Of a DNA stretch of 64,000 nt, positions 38,676 to 47,222 are shown piece after piece. The notes under the pieces were generated by a model. The model saw nothing but the letters and a program-made list of their open reading frames with translations, was not told the DNA's origin and made no database searches. Source of the stretch: a bacterium. Lineage in GTDB: Bacteria > UBA8248. How positions within the stretch are numbered: the first letter of the stretch is position 1; every line of letters starts with the position of its first letter. Location: contig CBDBZU010000004.1 in assembly GCA_965213625.1 (NCBI GenBank), forward strand, positions 2,752,001-2,816,000, given 5' to 3'. The translations under genes were made by a program, and so were the position numbers.

Positions 38676-40028
38676 TCACCCCCCTGGACGCGTCACGGTG
38701 TTGCCATACCCCGCTCTTCCGGTCACCTCGCCGTCTTCCATCACGACTTCGCCGCGCACGAGCGTCATCACGGGCGCGCCCTTCACGGTCCAGCCGTCGA
38801 ACGGCGTCCACTTGCATTTCGAGACGATGTCGGCATCGCGCAGCGTTTCTTCTTGTTCCATGTCCACGACGATGAAGTCCGCATCCGCGCCCACCTGGAT
38901 GCACCCCTTTCTGGGATAGATGTTGAAGACACGCGCGGGCTGCTCGCAGCAGACGCGCACCATCTGGTTGAGCGTCAGCACACCCTCGCTCACGGCGTTC
39001 AGCATCAGGCGCACCGTCGTCTCCACACCCGGTATCCCGAAAGGCGCATCGTGAATGTTCTCGAGCCCGTCGACTTTCCGCTGGCGGGGGAAGGGGCAGT
39101 GGTCGGTGCCGATGGTGTCCACCATGCCGCGCCCAAGGGCCACGCGCATTCCGTCGCGCGTCTCGGGCGAGCGGATGACCGGCGTGAACTTGACGAACGG
39201 CCCCAGCTCTTCCAGATGCGAATGGTCCAGATAGAAATACTGGGGACAGCTTTCGGCAAAAATCCTGGCTCCGCGCCCGCGCGCTGCCTGAATGGCCTCT
39301 AGCAGTACGGGCTGGCTCACGTGCGCCACCAGCACGGTGCAGCCTGTGAGTTCGGCCAGGGCCACGGCGTCCAGCGTCGCCACGTATTCACTCTCGGGGT
39401 TTCGCCAGTCGCTGATGCACATGTAGTCCGTCCGGTTATCGGCGTCGATTTTCTCTTTTGATTTATTGAGGATGGAATCGCTCTCGCAGTGGAGCATCAC
39501 CGTGGCGCCGAAGGATTTCGCTTCGCGCATGATGTTCAAAAGGACGCCTTCGGACAGGTCGGGCACGCCGTGCAACTCGCACATGAACCCTTTGAAGCCC
39601 AGTGCGCCGCCCTCCCACATGGGGCGCAAGTGCGCGAGGTTGTCGACGTCGAGGCCGCCCAGTTGCCCGAAATCCACCACCGAGCGCGAGTCGATGTAAG
39701 CCGTCTTGTCTTCGAGAATCTCCCGCGTGTAGACGAGCGGCTCGCTCCTGTGGTGGTCGATCACCGTGGTGATGCCGCCCCTTGCCGCCGCCTCGGTGCC
39801 CGTTGTCCAGTCTTCCCGGTCCGTGAAGCCCGGGTCCATCATGTGCACGTGCTCATCCACCATGCCCGGCAGGAGATGGCGGCCCGCTGCGTCGATTTCG
39901 CGCGCGGCGCTGGATTCTGCTTTTTGCGTGATGGCGGAAATCCGCCCCCCCTCCACGTAGACGCAGCCCTCGTAGGTGTCGACCGGCGTCACGATTTTTG
40001 CGTTCTTGATCAAAAGGTCGGCGCTCAT
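38676..40028 (-). CDS. Cyclic amidohydrolase (allantoinase/dihydroorotase family)
   Basis: PGMVDEHVH, AAARGGITT, GFK, HCE, GTDHCP, GADAD. Confidence 0.9.
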   Translation of the reverse strand: MSADLLIKNAKIVTPVDTYEGCVYVEGGRISAITQKAESSAAREIDAAGRHLLPGMVDEHVHMMDPGFTDREDWTTGTEAAARGGITTVIDHHRSEPLVYTREILEDKTAYIDSRSVVDFGQLGGLDVDNLAHLRPMWEGGALGFKGFMCELHGVPDLSEGVLLNIMREAKSFGATVMLHCESDSILNKSKEKIDADNRTDYMCISDWRNPESEYVATLDAVALAELTGCTVLVAHVSQPVLLEAIQAARGRGARIFAESCPQYFYLDHSHLEELGPFVKFTPVIRSPETRDGMRVALGRGMVDTIGTDHCPFPRQRKVDGLENIHDAPFGIPGVETTVRLMLNAVSEGVLTLNQMVRVCCEQPARVFNIYPRKGCIQVGADADFIVVDMEQEETLRDADIVSKCKWTPFDGWTVKGAPVMTLVRGEVVMEDGEVTGRAGYGNTVTRPGG

Positions 40029-40109
40029 GCAATTGCCCTCTCAAGATTTGTCGTTTTTCTGTGAAACTGCGCGTGCTTCGAGAATGGCGGCATTATGACG
40101 CATAAGGGT

Positions 40110-40146
40110 GTAGGGGTGAAACCCGACTGAAGAAGGAGGGTTGCTC
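40110..40146 (+). repeat. GTAG-led palindrome carrying the GACTGARRAAGGA loop
   Basis: GTAG-GGGTGA-AACCC-[GACTGAAGAAGGA]-GGGTT-GCTC. Confidence 0.6.
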
Positions 40147-40191
40147 GACATAATAAGACGCAATCGCTCCTTGATCAGTCGCGATCGACCC

Positions 40192-41088
40192 TTAATTCAC
40201 ACCTTTCGCTTTCGGCGCCAGCCCCAGCGCCCGTCTTTTCCGGATGACGCCCGAGAGGCGGTACCATGCCGCGCGGCCGGGGTCGACCCGTGAGCCACGC
40301 TCGATGAGGCGCGAGGCATAGTCCAGCTCCTTGTTCAGGTAGACGAGCAGGGAGGCGAGGTTCAGGAGCACGCCCGTGTCCTTGGGCGATAATTCCTCGG
40401 CCGCCTTGAGTATCTTTTCCGCCTCTTCGTAGCGGTACTGGGAGACCAGGTACTTGGCGTACCTGTTCGAGACGACCGGGTTCTCGGGGTCGAGTCCGCG
40501 GGCTTTGCGATATGCGGCGAGCGTTTCTTCGAGATCACCCGCATCGTCCATCATCTTCGCCAGGGCGAGCCAGGCGTCCACGTTTCCCGGGTTGATTTTC
40601 AGATCATCGCGAATGAGCTTGAGAGCAGCCTCGTCATTTTTTTTCTCAAGGAGTCCTAAGGCGCGCTCGTAATGCGCGCTCGTCGTTTTCTGTAAAATCG
40701 AAAATCCCTCCTCCGACTCGATGATTCTCGACGTCGCCCCGAGTTTCAAATCCTGAACCTCGGCCCGGACGCCGACGCTGAATTCAGAAGGCTCCGCATT
40801 TCGGATGGCTATGGCTTTATCCTTGAACTCGAGGGCCACCTGGCGGAAGGGGATTCCGAGAATGGCGGTCTTGTCATACGCCTCTTTCGCCAGGTCGTAA
40901 GTGGGAAGCGTCAGGACGCGGAAAAAGTGCGGGTCTTCCGCTTTTTTCTCAGGCTTTGGTTTTGGCTGGAGTACGGTCTCCTTCTTCTCTTTGGGAAGAA
41001 AGAGAGCGCGGAAGTTCGCACAGCCCGTCAGCAGCAGAAATGCCGCCGGCGCGACGAAGATTATCCCCAGCCGCCTGTCTCCTCGCAT
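40192..41088 (-). CDS. TPR-repeat lipoprotein with a degenerate parvulin-like segment
   Basis: Lipobox LTGC; LKLGATSRIIESEEGFSIL; TPR-like repeats (INPGNVDAW, LDPENPV, LSPKDT). Confidence 0.75.
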   Translation of the reverse strand: MRGDRRLGIIFVAPAAFLLLTGCANFRALFLPKEKKETVLQPKPKPEKKAEDPHFFRVLTLPTYDLAKEAYDKTAILGIPFRQVALEFKDKAIAIRNAEPSEFSVGVRAEVQDLKLGATSRIIESEEGFSILQKTTSAHYERALGLLEKKNDEAALKLIRDDLKINPGNVDAWLALAKMMDDAGDLEETLAAYRKARGLDPENPVVSNRYAKYLVSQYRYEEAEKILKAAEELSPKDTGVLLNLASLLVYLNKELDYASRLIERGSRVDPGRAAWYRLSGVIRKRRALGLAPKAKGVN

Positions 41089-41095
41089 AACTGTG

Positions 41096-41728
41096 TCAGG
41101 CGTCCGCGGTTTCCGCCACGGCGCGCTCGAAAGTTTTCATGAAAACCTCCATCGGCTGAGCGCCCGTGATTCTGTAGTTGTTCGCAAAATCGACCGTGGG
41201 CGTGGACTGTATCCCTGAGTTCAGCGCCTCGACGTGATCCGCAAAAACGCGCTTTTCCATCTCCGGGTCGGCCATGACCTCGCGCATTATCGCGGGCTCC
41301 GCCCCCAGCCGCTCGGCGGCGGCCACAAGCACGTCGGTGTCGTCGATGTTCCGGCACTCGACCAGATGCGTTCGTTCCACGGCTTCAAGGTACTCGCCCT
41401 CGCGCTCGGGGAGTTGGGTGGCGAAGGCCTTGATGGCGATCGCCCCGGGGGTGGAATGGGGATAGGGGAAATCGCGGCGCGCCATGAGTTCGGGGTTGAT
41501 CGCCTCGCCCCCGGGATGGCCCTTCGCCATCGCCCAGTGTCCCATGATGGCTTCTTTGCGGGTCGGGCGATGGTCCGGCTCGGGCGAGAGGAGAAATGCG
41601 CGATATCGGATGGCCAAGCGGCCGTCTGTCAGCTCCGTCAGTTTTCGCAACCGCACGGTTGCGATCAGGCACCAGGCTCAGTGTACGCAGTAGGTGTAAG
41701 TGGCTTCTACGACATGTTCGTTTGGCAA
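41096..41728 (-). CDS. DsbA/FrnE-like thioredoxin-fold selenoprotein (C14-x-x-U17-x-x-C20)
   Basis: TTG at 41728 with GAGGA RBS gives MPNEHVVEATYTYCVH*AWCLIA, in frame with ORF 41096-41656 (YRAFLL, PHS, cis-Pro loop GIQSTPT, ITGAQP); TGA at 41680-41678. Confidence 0.85.
41645..41664 (-). promoter_or_regulatory. Putative bacterial SECIS hairpin of the DsbA-like gene
   Basis: Perfect 8-bp stem UCGCAACC-[GUGC]-GGUUGCGA; the loop G is nt 22 after UGA. Confidence 0.75.
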
Positions 41729-41807
41729 TGCGAGTTCCTCAACGTTCGTCGGAATTGACAGGCAATCCTTTCATCTTGAGCAATTCGGCGCAATCGCCGG
41801 ACGCGAA

Positions 41808-42488
41808 TCAGCGCAGATATTCCCGCGTATGCCGTGCGGGCGAGGCGTTTCGGGAGAGGCGGCCTTCCAGGGCATCCAAATCGTCCGCCTCGTCGACGTC
41901 GCGCCATTCCGGGAGGAGGGAAGTCCCGATGCCGAGCGCGCGCGCCTTCTCCATCGTGCGCGTTAGCACCTCGCTCGTACTCCAGGGGATGCCGGTGAAA
42001 ATTTCAGGCGCGAACCGGTTCATCCCGACGAGGTAATAGCCCCCGTCCGCCGCGGGCCCGAGCGTGATCTTGGCGTCATCCACGCAATCCAGGTTCTCAA
42101 AAGCATCGAGCAGAACTTCATGCGGCAAGTCCGGAAAATCCGTGCCGATGAGCACCGCCCGCCTCCCGCCCATCAGGCACCGTCCCAGAGCCGCCGCCAT
42201 GCGCGCGCCAAGGTCCGCGCCCGTTTGCGCGCGGTGAAAAAATGCGCCGGGCAGCCAGTCGGCGAGCGGGAATTCATCGAGCGATTCTCCGCGTTCCAGC
42301 GCCCATTCGCAGACGAGGGCGACGCCCGGCCTCGCTTCGGTGAGCGCGCGTGCCGTCTCGGCGGAGTCCAGCAAAAAACACTTGTAAAGTCCCGCTGCGC
42401 CCTCATACCCGAAACTTTGGGCGAGGCGCGTCTTTACCCGGCCGGCGAGGGGTGGTTTGGCGAAAAGGATGAGAGATTCGGCCGCCAT
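41808..42488 (-). CDS. DUF2064 / TIGR04282-family glycosyltransferase-like protein
   Basis: FAKPPLAGRVKTRL, QTGADLGARM, IGTDFPDL, LGPAADGGYYLVG, IPWST, DVD. Confidence 0.9.
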   Translation of the reverse strand: MAAESLILFAKPPLAGRVKTRLAQSFGYEGAAGLYKCFLLDSAETARALTEARPGVALVCEWALERGESLDEFPLADWLPGAFFHRAQTGADLGARMAAALGRCLMGGRRAVLIGTDFPDLPHEVLLDAFENLDCVDDAKITLGPAADGGYYLVGMNRFAPEIFTGIPWSTSEVLTRTMEKARALGIGTSLLPEWRDVDEADDLDALEGRLSRNASPARHTREYLR

Positions 42489-42598
42489 CGTGATTCCCGT
42501 GAAACAAGGGTCTGTGGAGTAATACGCGTCGTCTTGCTAGAATCATACCTTCGTTTGATTACCATTTCGCGTCACACCGAGCAAAAAGGATACACAAC

Positions 42599-43042
42599 AT
42601 GGAATTTAACCAGGAGATTACGGTCGCCGCCCCCCGGGAGAAGGTGTGGGATTTCATCTGGCAGGTCGAGGAGTTCGCCGCCTGCGTACCCGGCGTGAAG
42701 GACGTTGAGAAAATAGACGACGCGACCTACGGCGTTCGGGTCGAGCAGAAGGTCAGTTTCCTGAAGGCGAGCTTTCAGCTTCAGATCAACATCGAGGAAG
42801 TCCGCGCGCCCGAGTACATCCGCACGGTGGGCGAGGGGAAGGATTCGAAATTAGCGGCGAGCCTCAAGCAGAAAAACGAGGTGACGCTCGAGGCCGTCTC
42901 CGAGAACGAAACAATAGTGCGCATTGACTCGAGCGTCGACGTTTTCGGAAAACTCGGCTCGCTCGGCTTCACCGTCATCAAGAACCAGGCGAACAAGATT
43001 TTCTCCGAATTCGCAAAGAACGTGAAAGCGAAGGTGGAATAA
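42599..43042 (+). CDS. CoxG/SRPBCC family protein
   Basis: VAAPREKVWDF, ACVPG, GKLGSLG. Confidence 0.88.
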   Translation: MEFNQEITVAAPREKVWDFIWQVEEFAACVPGVKDVEKIDDATYGVRVEQKVSFLKASFQLQINIEEVRAPEYIRTVGEGKDSKLAASLKQKNEVTLEAVSENETIVRIDSSVDVFGKLGSLGFTVIKNQANKIFSEFAKNVKAKVE

Positions 43043-43164
43043 TCTTCCCCCGCGCCGCTCCGTCCGGGGAGTTGTGAGCTTCGCGCGCTCCTCGGATCGT
43101 CGGCAAACTACGCCTCTTCCGGTCCAATTTTGCCGCATTACCCCCGATCCAAAGTGGCCAGTTT

Positions 43165-43319
43165 CGTCATTCCGGCGAAAGCCGGAATCCATTTTCCCTC
43201 GGCCACCGCCGAGGGTTCCTGATGGAGAGTGCCTGGGAAAGGCTGCTCACGGCGAAAAAAGGAGCCACGTGCGAGTGGACGAAAAGGCATAATGGATTCC
43301 GGCTTTCGCCGGAATGACG
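43165..43319. repeat. CGTC-type REP inverted pair (REPIN-like), upstream of GIY-YIG
   Basis: CGTCATTCCGGCGAAAGCCGGAATCCATT at 43165-43193 and its exact reverse complement at 43291-43319. Confidence 0.92.
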
Positions 43320-43344
43320 GTGAAAGACCAAGAAAGTAGGAACA

Positions 43345-43632
43345 ATGAAGCAGCCCTGCGTCTACATTCTCGCCAACAAGTCTCGCGGCACGCTCTATAT
43401 CGGCGTTACGTCCGACCTTCTCCGTAGGATCTGGCAACATAAGAATGGTACAGCGAAAAGTTTCACGAAGCGTTACGGCACCCAAACGCTGGTCTGGTAT
43501 GAGAGCCACGAAACGATGGAGAGCGCAATTGCGCGTGAGAAGAGCATTAAAAACTGGCGGCGTATATGGAAACTCGAACTGATCGAAGAGGACAATCCGA
43601 CGTGGCGTGATTTGTATGAAGATATTATCTGA
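43345..43632 (+). CDS. Stand-alone GIY-YIG nuclease
   Basis: CVYILAN...TLYIGVTSDLLRRIWQHK...AIAREKSIKNW...NPTWRDL; 95 aa. Confidence 0.93.
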   Translation: MKQPCVYILANKSRGTLYIGVTSDLLRRIWQHKNGTAKSFTKRYGTQTLVWYESHETMESAIAREKSIKNWRRIWKLELIEEDNPTWRDLYEDII

Positions 43633-43680
43633 AATACCTTCCGGCTTTTCGCGCTACCCCGACCTTGGTTTTGCCTTGCT

Positions 43681-43791
43681 CGTCATTCCGGTGTCAGTCC
43701 CGACTGAGGAAGGAGGGGCTGCGGAATCCATTTTCCCTTGGCCACCGGCGAGGACTTCTGATGAGGTGTCCCTGTAAAGGCTGCGCGTGGC
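43681..43791 (+). repeat. CGTC REP with a 31-nt loop insertion plus a duplicated spacer
   Basis: CGTCATTCCG-[31 nt]-CGGAATCCATTTTCCC followed by sequence homologous to 43194-43253. Confidence 0.8.
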
Positions 43792-43851
43792 ATGTTTTTC
43801 GGAACTTCAGGATTTGTTGAAAACTCCTCTTCGCTCGAAAGTGATCACTGC

Positions 43852-43989
43852 CGTCATTCCGGCGAAAGCCGGAATCCATTTGCGGGCGCGGGTGTATGAA
43901 CAGCGGCGTTTCATTCCCCACCGATGCGCGGGAACCCTGACGAAAGGCAAAAGGCGTAACAATGGATTCCGGCTTTCGCCGGAATGACG
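43852..43989. repeat. Second CGTC-type REP inverted pair
   Basis: Identical 29-mer at 43852-43880 and its reverse complement at 43961-43989. Confidence 0.92.
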
Positions 43990-44047
43990 TTGGCACTTTC
44001 GATGGGGGTCAATAATCCATTTGAAGGGCTCTTTCACCAACCCCCCC

Positions 44048-44524
44048 TCAGGGTCGCTTGACGATCCACTCCTCCACCAGTTCACAGCCGCTCTCGCGGT
44101 AGAGCGCGGATATCGGGCAGCGCCCGTGATGCTGGCGTTTTAATTCTTCCACCCGCTCGTCGGACTCATCGGTGGTCAAGTGAATCTTCGCCTCCACGTA
44201 ATCGAAGTTGGGGCTGATGCCGTTGTCCGGGTCCTTGGCGCCCCGGGGGTCGGCCGTGCCTCGAACCTCCACCTCCTGGGCGATGACGTTGAAATCAAGA
44301 CCCTCGGCCACCTTGTTCGTAATGACCGTGATGCAGGCGGAAAGCGCGCCGAGCGCCAGTTCACGCGGCGTGGGGCCGGTGTCGGTTCCGCCGCCCTGGG
44401 CGGGTTCATCGGCGACGAAGTCGTGCTTGCGCGCTTTTAACTCGACCCGGCAGCCCTCCGAGCGCCTGGCTCTCACGCGGCGCTCCTGCTTGGCCATCAC
44501 TTCCTTGTCTACGGATTCCACCAT
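44048..44524 (-). CDS. OsmC/Ohr family protein
   Basis: ADEPAQGGGTDTGPTP, ALSAC, RCPIS. Confidence 0.9.
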   Translation of the reverse strand: MVESVDKEVMAKQERRVRARRSEGCRVELKARKHDFVADEPAQGGGTDTGPTPRELALGALSACITVITNKVAEGLDFNVIAQEVEVRGTADPRGAKDPDNGISPNFDYVEAKIHLTTDESDERVEELKRQHHGRCPISALYRESGCELVEEWIVKRP

Positions 44525-44574
44525 CGGTATTTCTCCTTATCGAATGAAGGCGAATGCGTCTTCGCGTTAGAAAC

Positions 44575-45636
44575 CTAATCAAACACCACCGCGGCTCTTC
44601 CCGTCACCCGGTTCTCGATGAGCGCCTGGAATGCGGTTTCCGTTTCTTCGAGCGGGAAGGTCTCGGTGACGATGGGTTTTATCTTCCCCTGTTGAACCAG
44701 CGTGAGCGATTGTCCGAGTTCCTCCATCGAGCAATAGCGCGAGCCGTGAATCTCCTGCGCGTAGGTGAGGAGCTGGAGGGGGTCGACGGTGAAGTTGGGC
44801 GATACGTTGTTGTACGCCGCCGCCGGGCGGTAGCCCACGATCACCAGCTTGCCCCCGCGCGCCAGACTGGCCACGCCCGCCTCGAGCGTCTCGCGCGAGG
44901 CCACGTAGTCGATGTAGGCGTCCACGCCGCGCCCGTCGGTCAGCGAGAGGATTTCCTCCACCGTGTCGGTTTGTGCCGGGTTCAGCGTGGCGAAGGCGCC
45001 GAGCCCGGAGACGGTCTCCAGCTTTTTCTCCGACACGTCGATACCGATCACGTGGCCGCCGCACACCTGGGCCATCTGCACGGCGTGAATCGCCACGCCT
45101 CCGCCCGCGCCCACTACCGCCACCACGTCGCCGGGCTTTATCTGCGCCTCGGCCACGCAGTTGTGGTAGGGCGTGCAGATGGCGTCCGCCGCCACGCAGG
45201 CGTCGAGCGAACTCACGCCTTCTGGAATCTTGCACAGGTTCACAGCGGGGACGGTCGTGTATTCGGCATAGCCCCCGTCCATCACGAGGCCGAAATATCC
45301 CCGGAAATTCTCGCAAAGCGTCTCGCGACCGCTGCGGCAGAAGCGGCAGTTGTGGCAGGTGAGGTAGAAGTGGCAGGTCACGTGATCGCCCACGCCCACG
45401 TTCGTGACGTGGGAGCCGGTCTCGACGACCTCGCCCGCGATTTCGTGCCCCAGTATCCTCGGGTACGCATCCACCAGGCCCGGCGTGCTGCGCATGATGA
45501 CCAGCGTGAGGCCCACGCCCGTGGCCTTGAGTCGCACCAGCGCGTCGTTCGGTCCCGGCTGGGGAATCGGAACCTCCTCGAGCTGAAACGAGCCGCCCAG
45601 CTCATGAAGCCGCATTGCTTTCATCGTGGATGCCAT
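44575..45636 (-). CDS. Zinc-binding alcohol dehydrogenase (MDR) with atypical catalytic site
   Basis: GHEIAG, CHNCRFC...C, GAGGGVA; TGVGLTL in place of the usual CGxCxxD. ATG at 45636 with GGAGG RBS. Confidence 0.85.
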   Translation of the reverse strand: MASTMKAMRLHELGGSFQLEEVPIPQPGPNDALVRLKATGVGLTLVIMRSTPGLVDAYPRILGHEIAGEVVETGSHVTNVGVGDHVTCHFYLTCHNCRFCRSGRETLCENFRGYFGLVMDGGYAEYTTVPAVNLCKIPEGVSSLDACVAADAICTPYHNCVAEAQIKPGDVVAVVGAGGGVAIHAVQMAQVCGGHVIGIDVSEKKLETVSGLGAFATLNPAQTDTVEEILSLTDGRGVDAYIDYVASRETLEAGVASLARGGKLVIVGYRPAAAYNNVSPNFTVDPLQLLTYAQEIHGSRYCSMEELGQSLTLVQQGKIKPIVTETFPLEETETAFQALIENRVTGRAAVVFD

Positions 45637-45869
45637 GTCGTAGCCTCCTTCGGTCGCATCGAGTGCGCCAGCCGCATCGAGTGGATGTATGAAATGCGTC
45701 ATAGGACTTTAAGGTTTTTCACCCGCCATGGAAAGAGGCAGGCGCGTTCTGCGCACCTGGTTTTTAATGTCGCCTCATACTTTTTCTCTACTCTGCACTA
45801 CTCCTCAATATATCCATCCCGCGCAGACTCATGCTAAAATCAATCAACACGCTGCCAAGGAGAGGAATT

Positions 45870-46262
45870 TTGATCTTCAAACTGTTCTTGCTGTTCACGC
45901 TCATCCCCATCGTAGAATTGATGATTCTCATCGATCTGGGGACCTCCATCGGCCTGGCCCCCACGCTGGGGGTGGTCATCCTCACCGGCGCGCTCGGCGC
46001 ATGGGCGGCGAGAACACAAGGGTTCTACGTGGTCTCGCGCATCCAGTCGGAAATGGCGGATGGGCGACTTCCAGGGGCCGAGATGGTCGAGGGCGCGATG
46101 GTGCTGGTGGGCGGCGTGCTGCTCCTGACGCCTGGCCTTCTGACGGACGCCGCCGGTTTCGCACTGATGGTGCCCGCCGTGCGGGCCGTCGCGCGGGGCT
46201 GGCTGATGAAAAAATTCGAAAAAATGATTGATGAGGGAAATGTGCATGTCTACCGCGGCTAG
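45870..46262 (+). CDS. fxsA: FxsA family membrane protein
   Basis: IPIVELMILI, GVLLLTPGLLTDAAG; TTG start with GGAGAGG RBS. Confidence 0.88.
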   Translation: MIFKLFLLFTLIPIVELMILIDLGTSIGLAPTLGVVILTGALGAWAARTQGFYVVSRIQSEMADGRLPGAEMVEGAMVLVGGVLLLTPGLLTDAAGFALMVPAVRAVARGWLMKKFEKMIDEGNVHVYRG

Positions 46263-47193
46263 AGTGGAGCCCGTCGAACCTCGACACCGCCATGCGCTGG
46301 CCGCCCTGGCCGCGGAGGCTTTCGGGCTTTCGCGCGAAGAAGTGGAAGGCGGTTTCGGCGCGCCGGGTACGAAGGTCTGGCTGGCGTGGCCGCCGGAGGG
46401 CGACGACGATGCCCCGGCGGGATATTGCCGCATGGTGGTGAACAGGGAGACGAGAGCGCGGGACAGGGCCTGTATCGATGCCCTTTTCGTTCGGCCAGAC
46501 AGCAGGAAGGCGGGCTACGCGCGGCACCTGCTGGAGGCGGCCCTCGCCGACGCCCGGGAAAACGGCCTGGGCGGTATCTGGGCGTATCTGCCCGTATCGC
46601 TACCGGGACGTTTCATATATCTGAGCGGTGGCCGCAAGGTTCACGATCTCCGCTTCCTGAAGCGCGGTGCGCTCGAGGAATTGGGGGAGCCCCGCCTGCC
46701 TGCGGGCTACGGGGTTCGCGAGGCGGCGCTGCCCGGCGATGCGGAATGTCTCGCGGATCTGTTCAACGCAATTTTCAGGAACATGTGGAATTTCATGAGC
46801 CACACGCCCGAGACAATCACCGCCTGGTACGATGCGCCGGACACGCGCCCGGAAAATTCGTTCATCCTCGAATTCTTTAATGGCGAATCGGGAGACCCCG
46901 AGGGAGCGGGGATGGCGATAATGGCCGTCGATCCGAGCCGGCTGGCCTCGGGCGATAAATCCGCCTACATTCCCGAGATCGGCGTCAACAGTGGGCACCG
47001 CAGAAGAGGGTTGGGCCGCTTTCTGGTTCAGGCGTCCGCCCGGAGGGCGCTTGCATGCGGCGCGGAGTCGCTCGAACTCATCGTCTCGGCCGACGATCAG
47101 GACGTTCGCGCATTTTATCAAGCTCTGGGTTTTGATGAAGTGGGGGTCATCAGCGTCTATGAATGGCTCTGCAGTGATATAGAATCTACTTGA
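46246..47193 (+). CDS. Tandem-domain GNAT N-acetyltransferase
   Basis: LFVRPDSRKAGYA and IGVNSGHRRRGLGR acetyl-CoA motifs; FYQALGF. Confidence 0.85.
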   Translation: MSTAARVEPVEPRHRHALAALAAEAFGLSREEVEGGFGAPGTKVWLAWPPEGDDDAPAGYCRMVVNRETRARDRACIDALFVRPDSRKAGYARHLLEAALADARENGLGGIWAYLPVSLPGRFIYLSGGRKVHDLRFLKRGALEELGEPRLPAGYGVREAALPGDAECLADLFNAIFRNMWNFMSHTPETITAWYDAPDTRPENSFILEFFNGESGDPEGAGMAIMAVDPSRLASGDKSAYIPEIGVNSGHRRRGLGRFLVQASARRALACGAESLELIVSADDQDVRAFYQALGFDEVGVISVYEWLCSDIEST

Positions 47194-47222
47194 ATAACAC
47201 CTTGCAACCATCTGTTATTAAA

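Noticed and set aside
43702-43714. Hammerhead ribozyme (CUGANGA-like core in the loop motif)
   Set aside because: No stem II or GAAA after the core, and two of the four copies read CUGAGAA.
43138-44085. Short ORFs containing SFRRKPES / MDSGFRRND / WIPAFAGMT
   Set aside because: These are translations of the CGTC REP palindrome, not genes.
44048-44524. OsmC as a third selenoprotein (ends in TGA)
   Set aside because: Both catalytic positions are Cys, the domain is complete, and the TGA is followed by repeat-like DNA.
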